Shown: positions 7,729 through 12,999 of the stretch, in pieces | Layout of the letters: every line of letters begins with the position of its first letter | How positions within the stretch are numbered: the first letter of the stretch is position 1 | Assembly: GCA_046758505.1 (NCBI GenBank) | Contig: JBHIAH010000078.1 | Coordinates: 1-12,999 of the forward strand | Direction of reading: 5' to 3' | Source of the DNA: Candidatus Methylomirabilales bacterium | GTDB taxonomy: Bacteria > Methylomirabilota > Methylomirabilia > Methylomirabilales > CSP1-5 | Length of the DNA: 12,999 bases | Program-made: the position numbers and the translations under genes | The notes under the pieces: model-generated | What the model was told of the DNA's origin: nothing | The model's input: the letters and a program-made list of their open reading frames with translations, nothing else | Database searches by the model: none

Positions 7729-8799
7729 CTACTCGAAGAGGGAGGGTTGGGCGGGGGCCGGTCGGCGGAACGCGGCCGTGGACAGAGGCAGGTCCCGTTC
7801 GCCGAGGCCGGCCCTCCGGCAGGCGAGGGAGAAGAGATCGGCGATCTGCTCCGCAAAGATTTCTTCGCCTTTCATTCGCGAGCCGAACCGCGGATCATTC
7901 AGCCGTCCTCCCCGGATCGTCCGGATCCGGTTCAACACCTTGTCCTTTCCCTCGGGGAGGTGCTGCACGAGCCACGCCTCGAAGAGCGGCGCGACGGCGT
8001 GCGGAAGCCGGAGCAGGGTGTAGCCGGCAAAGCGGGCTCCCGCCGTGGCGGCCGCGTGGATGATCGCCGGCAGCTCGTGATCGGTCAGTCCTGGGATCAC
8101 CGGCGCGACCAGCACCCCCGTGGGCACGCCGGCCCGGGCCAGGGCTTCGATGGCGGCCAGCCGACGGGCCGGATGGGAGGTGCGGGGTTCCATGGTCCGG
8201 GCCAGGCGGGCTTCGAGGGTCGTGACGGAGAGGTAGACGGCGGCCGCGCTGTGATGCGCGAGGTCGCGGAGCAGGTCCAGATCCCGGGTGATCAGCTCGT
8301 TCTTCGTGATGATCACCACGGGGTTCCGGAACGCGGCGAGCACTTCGAGGCATCGTCGCGTCAGCTGCAAGTGCCGCTCGACCGGCTGATACGGGTCGGT
8401 GACCCCGCTGATCGCCAGGACCTGGGGTGTCCAGCGGGGCGAGGCAAGCTCGCGCCGCAAGAGCTTCGGGGCGTCCTCCTTCACCAGGATCTTCGTCTCG
8501 AAGTCGAGGCCGGCGGAGAAGCCCAGGTACTCATGGGTGGGGCGGGCGTAGCAGTAGATGCAGCCGTGCTCACAACCCCGGTACGCGTTGACGCTGGCCT
8601 CGAACCCCACATCGGGGCTCTCGTTATACGTGATGAGCGAGCGGGAGGGATCCTTCAAAAACTGCGTGGCCGGGGCGGGATCCTCGCCTTCGGTCTCGTC
8701 GGGATCGCGGACATACGTGAGGGACTCGAATCGGTTGCGGGGATTCTCGGCGGCACCGCGGCCGCGAATTGGGGGTCGATGGCGTTGCGTGCGCGCCAT
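7729..8799 (-). CDS. Radical SAM protein, PA0069/Rv2578c family (spore-photoproduct-lyase-like)
   Basis: CxxxCxxC in 'NAYRGCEHGCIYCYARPTHEYLG'. Other motifs: N-terminal 'GRGAAENPRNRF', 'SAGLDFETKILVK', 'TDPYQPVE..LTRRCL', 'LARTMEPRT', 'APVIPGLTDHE', 'FGSRMKGE' and C-terminal 'QPSLF'. Confidence 0.9.
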   Translation of the reverse strand: MARTQRHRPPIRGRGAAENPRNRFESLTYVRDPDETEGEDPAPATQFLKDPSRSLITYNESPDVGFEASVNAYRGCEHGCIYCYARPTHEYLGFSAGLDFETKILVKEDAPKLLRRELASPRWTPQVLAISGVTDPYQPVERHLQLTRRCLEVLAAFRNPVVIITKNELITRDLDLLRDLAHHSAAAVYLSVTTLEARLARTMEPRTSHPARRLAAIEALARAGVPTGVLVAPVIPGLTDHELPAIIHAAATAGARFAGYTLLRLPHAVAPLFEAWLVQHLPEGKDKVLNRIRTIRGGRLNDPRFGSRMKGEEIFAEQIADLFSLACRRAGLGERDLPLSTAAFRRPAPAQPSLFE

Positions 8800-8805
8800 G
8801 TTACC

Positions 8806-11532
8806 TCAGCGGCCGAAGATCCCTTTGAGCCCCTTTAGCAATTGCTCCTCCGGTTTTTCCTTTGGAGGCTGCGTCGTCTGTGCAGGCGGAGGGGGTGCCT
8901 GCTCCTGTTGGGGCGCTTGCTGCGGTGGAGAGGGTTTCTTGAATAACCCCTTCGTGAGCCCTTCGACGCCCTGCTGGAGCAAGCCGCGCTGCACAAGGCG
9001 CGCCACGTAGTCCACGTCGGGCTGCGGGGTGACCCCGGGGAGCGTGCCGGCGAGGGTAAAGGGAATCGCCACGCGCCCCTGCCGGTCCGCGAGATATTTA
9101 AGCAACTTCACGTCCCTGGTCAGGTCCGTCGAGAGCTGGCGCGAGAGGACGAGCTGTCCGCGCAGATTCAACATCTGGTCGAGTGTCATCCAGCCTTTGC
9201 CCCCGACCGCCCAATCGGCCGCGGCGATGAGCAGATTGTCGAGGTGGACCTTCCCGCCCCTGATGTTCACTGACCCTTTCAGCTCGCCGAACTCGGTGTT
9301 CCGCGTCCCAAAGAGTGCCGGATATTTGCTCCGGATCTTCGGAGAGATGAACAACGAGAGGCCGGGGACGCCGGTGAGGCCCGTCAGGGCGCTCTGGGCG
9401 ATGTTGACGTCGAGGATCGCCCCCTTGACCACTTCGGCCTGGCCCTGTCCCGTGAGACTGCGCTGGATGTCCTGCCACTGGTTGCCGCTGCCGGCCAGCT
9501 TCAAATCAAGATTGACCCCGCCCCGCACGTGTTGTGGGGTGGCGGGGGCCGCATACCGGAACAGCTCGGCGAGGTTCATGCCGCGGACCTGCGAGGTGAG
9601 GGTGAATCGGGGAGGACTCTTGCGCAAGTCGTACCGTCCCTGTCCCTGCAGGGTCCCGTTGAGCGCCCGAAGGCTGAAGCGGTCGATGGTCACCACCTGG
9701 CCGGCCATAGAGACGAGGGCCCGCAGGTCCGTGTAGTTCACGTCGGAGACCGTCCCCCGGGCGGAGGAAAATTTTCCCCGATACGCGAGCGATCCATGCT
9801 TTGTCCAGGCGCGCCCGCCGCTCGTGGCGTCGCGCAGGACCTCGGGGCGCTTGGTGGTCCCGTTCCCCTGGCGGAAATCGGCGAGCCAGAGTTCGGGCGC
9901 CGCGAGCTGGTGCGTCACGGCGAGGGGGGTGAAACTTTCGACCCGGGCGGCGAGCCGCATCCGGGACTTTCCGACACGGAGCGGGGTTTCAGCCAGCGCT
10001 GCCCCCCGGCCGGTGAAGGTGACGGTGGCGCTCTTGGCGGTCAGGGGTTGCGGAATCTGGGGCAGCGTCGCCCGCAGCCCGGTGAGGGCGAGCGAGCCCT
10101 TGATCTGGGGGATCCCTCGCTTCTTCATCGTGCCCGTGATGCGCGCGTGCACCTCCACGCGCCCGGCAAGGTCATAGCCGGGGGGGAGGGGGAGAATTTT
10201 CTCCCACCCGGCGAGGTCGGCCCGGCTGGAATCGACGGACAGGCGCACCGTCGGGGTCCGAGCGCGGGTGATGGTTCCGCTCCCCTCGAGGTCGAGCGTG
10301 TGAAGCTTCGCGCTCGCCTTCTTGACTTCGATCCGCGCTTCCGTGATCCGCACGTCGGCGGCGAGGCGCAGGGGCACGCCCTGGGGTTTGACAAAGGAGT
10401 CACCGAACCCGAGGGTGCTCGAGGTCGCATCCATCTTGGCCGTTACGGCGAGCTTGTCGAGTGTCCCTTCCGCATGGACGCTCAGCGACAGGGGCCCCTC
10501 GCCCTTGACTTCCTTGGGGAGCGCCGCGGCGAGGGGAGGGAAACGCGTGAGATGAGCGAACGACACCGGGTCGAGGGTCAAATCGCCATTCAGGGCGAGG
10601 TCTTTCCGTGTCGGCTTGAGGGGCCCGAGGCGACCGGTGAGCTTGATGTTAGGTTTATCGGCACCGAAGACGGCGGCGGAAAGCTCGACGCCAGACAGGG
10701 TCAGGGCTCTGCCCTTTCCAGCCACGGTGGCTTTCGCCTGGAGCGGCCCTGAGAGCCGTAAGCCCGGGGGGATCCATCGTTTGATCTGCGGGAGTTGCCG
10801 CTGGAGCTCGTCGGTGCGGAGCGAATCGATCTCGATTGTTGCATCGAGTGGAAGAGCGGTCACATCCACGGTGGGGCCCAGAGGGCCGACCTGGCCCCGG
10901 AGCCGGACGTTCTGTTTCTCGGCAAGGACGGCGGCCGCCAGATTGATCGAGACCGGTCGGTCGAAGCCGAGATCTTCCACCTTCAGATCGATCTGGCTCA
11001 CGCGGAGCGCTACCCCCTCTTTTTTGTCGAGATAGCGCACCTCGCCGTCGGCCACATCCACCAGGGAGACAAGCAGGGGGAGGGCCGTCGGGGATGCCGG
11101 GGGCGCGGCGGCGGGTGGCTTTGTGCCTGGCTCTCGCCCCGGCTGCCCGATGCTCGCAAAATTGAGGTTGCCCTTTTTGTCGCGAATCACCGAAATCACC
11201 GGGTCGTGTAGGATCAGCCGCTTGACCCGAACCTCTTTCCGGAGGAGGGGGAGGAGTTCCACGTTCACCTGCAGATCGGCCGCCCGAATGAAATCCTCTC
11301 GGGAAAAGGCCCGGTCGTCGGCCAGGGCAAAGTTTTTCAGGCGTACCCCGATCCCCCCCCACAGGGTCACGCCAATGTCGTCGACCGCAACTTTCCGGCC
11401 CAGCGCCTGCTCCGCCTGGGCGAGGATGTAGTCCTTGTTGCGATTGACCAGGCTTCCCAGGTTCATCAGGGCAAAAGTGATGAGCGCCCCCAGGATGAGG
11501 AGAATCACCGCCGCGATGCTCAGTTTTCGCAT
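8806..11532 (-). CDS. AsmA-family (bridge-like lipid transfer) protein, ~908 aa
   Basis: N-terminal TM anchor (MRKLSIAAVILLILGALITFAL), followed by the AsmA-type 'K..ILAQAEQALGRKV', 'VELLPLL..EVRVKRLIL..PVI.VIRDKKG.LNF'. Long beta-rich body and AsmA C-terminal region 'L.GQGQAEVVKG.I..VNI', 'TEFGELKGSVNIRGG', 'IPFTLAGTL..PQPD'. SD-like AAGAGG before ATG 11532, preferred over the track's 11637. Confidence 0.85.
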   Translation of the reverse strand: MRKLSIAAVILLILGALITFALMNLGSLVNRNKDYILAQAEQALGRKVAVDDIGVTLWGGIGVRLKNFALADDRAFSREDFIRAADLQVNVELLPLLRKEVRVKRLILHDPVISVIRDKKGNLNFASIGQPGREPGTKPPAAAPPASPTALPLLVSLVDVADGEVRYLDKKEGVALRVSQIDLKVEDLGFDRPVSINLAAAVLAEKQNVRLRGQVGPLGPTVDVTALPLDATIEIDSLRTDELQRQLPQIKRWIPPGLRLSGPLQAKATVAGKGRALTLSGVELSAAVFGADKPNIKLTGRLGPLKPTRKDLALNGDLTLDPVSFAHLTRFPPLAAALPKEVKGEGPLSLSVHAEGTLDKLAVTAKMDATSSTLGFGDSFVKPQGVPLRLAADVRITEARIEVKKASAKLHTLDLEGSGTITRARTPTVRLSVDSSRADLAGWEKILPLPPGYDLAGRVEVHARITGTMKKRGIPQIKGSLALTGLRATLPQIPQPLTAKSATVTFTGRGAALAETPLRVGKSRMRLAARVESFTPLAVTHQLAAPELWLADFRQGNGTTKRPEVLRDATSGGRAWTKHGSLAYRGKFSSARGTVSDVNYTDLRALVSMAGQVVTIDRFSLRALNGTLQGQGRYDLRKSPPRFTLTSQVRGMNLAELFRYAAPATPQHVRGGVNLDLKLAGSGNQWQDIQRSLTGQGQAEVVKGAILDVNIAQSALTGLTGVPGLSLFISPKIRSKYPALFGTRNTEFGELKGSVNIRGGKVHLDNLLIAAADWAVGGKGWMTLDQMLNLRGQLVLSRQLSTDLTRDVKLLKYLADRQGRVAIPFTLAGTLPGVTPQPDVDYVARLVQRGLLQQGVEGLTKGLFKKPSPPQQAPQQEQAPPPPAQTTQPPKEKPEEQLLKGLKGIFGR
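10441..10953 (-). repeat. Internal ~86-aa tandem repeat in the AsmA protein
   Basis: LAAAVLAEKQNVRLRGQVGPLGP..LPLDATIEIDSL..LPQIKRWIPPGLRLSGPLQAKATVAG aligns with LSAAVFGADKPNIKLTGRLGPLKP..LALNGDLTLDPV..FPPLAAALPKEVKGEGPLSLSVHAEG. The offset is 258 nt. Confidence 0.7.
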
Positions 11533-11786
11533 GGTGGCCTCTTGGTCGAAGGAAACAATCGGACTGGGGGCCTGGTCGGCTGCTGTGGCCTTTCGTTCCT
11601 CTGGTTCAAGGAGAACGCAGCAGGGGCTCGATGTCAAGCACGATGTCGATATCTTTTATGCTCTCTTGGGATCGCGGGCGTCTGGGCGGGCGAAGGCGGG
11701 TCGGCTGCTGGCCGTGCATGGGGCATTCATGGGGAGGATGTTCGGATCATCCGCACGGCGTTTCCCCAAGGAGGCTCTACGGGAAA

Positions 11787-11803
11787 CTGGTATGCTCTTT
11801 GCA
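11787..11803 (+). promoter_or_regulatory. Sigma-54 (-24/-12) promoter motif for the receiver gene
   Basis: CTGGTATGCTCTTTGCA versus consensus YTGGCACG-N4-TTGCW: exact GG-N10-GC spacing with intact TTGCA. It is intergenic and would start transcription ~11814, just before the SD at 11821. Confidence 0.7.
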
Positions 11804-11832
11804 AGTACCGGGGCCTCGAGAGGAGAATGCCG

Positions 11833-12258
11833 ATGGCTGACGAGCATCCCGAAAAAAAGACGACGGTCCTCCTGGTTGACGATCATCCCTTCTTCCTCCG
11901 GTATCTCTCGCACTTCTTTAACCGCAAAGAATACGAGGTGGCGACCGCTGCAAACGGCCAGGAGGCCGTGGAGCATGCCCGGCGGCTCCGGCCCAAGCTC
12001 ATCCTGCTTGACCTGGAAATGCCCGATATCAATGGGGTCGAAACCTGCAAGATGCTCAGGGCGGACGAGACCACCCGGGAGATTCCCATCATTATCCTTA
12101 CCGCGGCCGAGAGCCTGGAGCTGAATCACATCGCCTTTGAGGCCGGCGCCCAGGCGACGGTGCTGAAATCGATGAGCCGAGAGCGGCTCATGAATATCGT
12201 CGAGGTGGTTCTTCAGACCAAGAAGGTCGCCGACCCCACCGTCCTCCCCGAGGCCTAA
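11833..12258 (+). CDS. Single-domain response regulator (receiver/CheY-like), ~141 aa
   Basis: Motifs 'VLLVDD', 'ATAANGQEAVE', 'ILLDLEMPDING' (phospho-Asp codon 12010), 'IPIIILTA' and 'GAQATVLK'. SD AGGAG (11821-11825) lies 7 nt before ATG 11833. The track's 11542 start is not credible. Confidence 0.9.
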   Translation: MADEHPEKKTTVLLVDDHPFFLRYLSHFFNRKEYEVATAANGQEAVEHARRLRPKLILLDLEMPDINGVETCKMLRADETTREIPIIILTAAESLELNHIAFEAGAQATVLKSMSRERLMNIVEVVLQTKKVADPTVLPEA

Positions 12259-12358
12259 CCCGCTTTTGCCCTAATGCTTCGTACGGCTCTCGCGCATCCC
12301 CCAGGGCCCCCTCCCATGATCCGAGGTGGGCACACTTCGCATTGGCTCCCGTCCCCGG

Positions 12359-12999
12359 TCAGGAGGAGATTCCCTTACGCTTTTCGGCCTCGAGTGCTTT
12401 GCAGACCCGGCTGAACTCCCGCTTGAGCTCCGCCAGGACGGCATCGGCCCCCGCGACCGATCCGGCGCGTCCCTGCCCTTCGAGATCCCGGCACCGCGCT
12501 GCCATGAGGCGGGCACCCCACACGCCACAGCCTCCCTTCAGGCGGTGGGCCTCGCGCGCCAGGGTCTGGGCGTCCCCCTTCGCGATGGCCTCCCGCATGA
12601 CGCCCAGTTGGGACGGGGCGTCCTGGAGGAACTGGTCGATGAGTTCAGTCAGGAAGTCCGCACCATCCTCTTCCTGGGCCTCTCGCAACCCGGCTAGTAC
12701 GACGGCATCAATCGGTGGCTCTTCCGGGGCCACCGGGGTTGCGACGCCTGCGTCATCCGCCTCTGGCCACTGCCATACCCCCGTGTGGTCGGCAGGGAGA
12801 CCCGGCAGGATTTCCAGGACCTTTTTGCCCTGCAACGCCCCGACCACATCGATCCCGCGGACGGCAGGGTCCAGGGCGATCACAATGGACCGGGCGTAGC
12901 CGTTCACTTCCGGATTCCGCTCCATGAGGCTGACCTCGGCCCCGTCCACGACGTTTCCTTCCCGATCCCGGACAATCCGGACCCACGGCCGCGCGGTGT
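12359..12999 (-). CDS. 5'-truncated protein with a C-terminal Hpt domain, preceded by a probable HD-GYP C-terminal extension
   Basis: The frame stays open to the window edge (..TARPWVRIVRDREGNVVDGAEVSL..). Hpt motif 'FLTELIDQFLQDAP..MREAIAKGDAQTLAREAHRLKGGCGVWGARLMAARCRDLE', with the His codon at 12545-12547. Confidence 0.82.
   Translation of the reverse strand, partial: TARPWVRIVRDREGNVVDGAEVSLMERNPEVNGYARSIVIALDPAVRGIDVVGALQGKKVLEILPGLPADHTGVWQWPEADDAGVATPVAPEEPPIDAVVLAGLREAQEEDGADFLTELIDQFLQDAPSQLGVMREAIAKGDAQTLAREAHRLKGGCGVWGARLMAARCRDLEGQGRAGSVAGADAVLAELKREFSRVCKALEAEKRKGISS

Noticed and set aside
7747..10752. Long + strand ORFs 7747..8838, 9029..9736 and 9529..10752
   Set aside because: Antisense to the well-supported radical SAM and AsmA genes. 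Such frames are expected from high-GC codon bias.
11542..11832. 97-aa N-terminal extension of the receiver ORF
   Set aside because: It does not look protein-like and spans the divergent promoter region. The SD and sigma-54 motif point to ATG 11833.

Overview
GC-rich bacterial window with mostly housekeeping, transport and signalling genes. No mobile element, CRISPR array or stable RNA gene is recognisable. The + strand carries an LctP-family lactate/glycolate permease, a small 4-TM membrane protein, a five-gene Liv/HAAT-type ABC importer operon and a stand-alone receiver domain behind a strong sigma-54-type promoter motif. The - strand carries a 908-aa AsmA-family protein followed 6 nt later by a PA0069/Rv2578c-type radical SAM gene. 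It also carries the 3' end of a gene that runs off the window, whose visible part looks like an HD-GYP C-terminal tail fused to an Hpt domain. Features the ORF track does not reveal are a multiply frameshifted pseudogene of a secreted Gly/Met-tailed helical protein (~1692-2123), a 25-codon remnant resembling the DUF488/YeaO N-terminus (2649-2726, -), two sigma-54-like promoter motifs and an ~86-aa tandem repeat inside AsmA. The best candidate for something new is the putative HD-GYP-Hpt fusion facing an atypical single-domain receiver. All family assignments come from motif recognition by eye, not from database searches.
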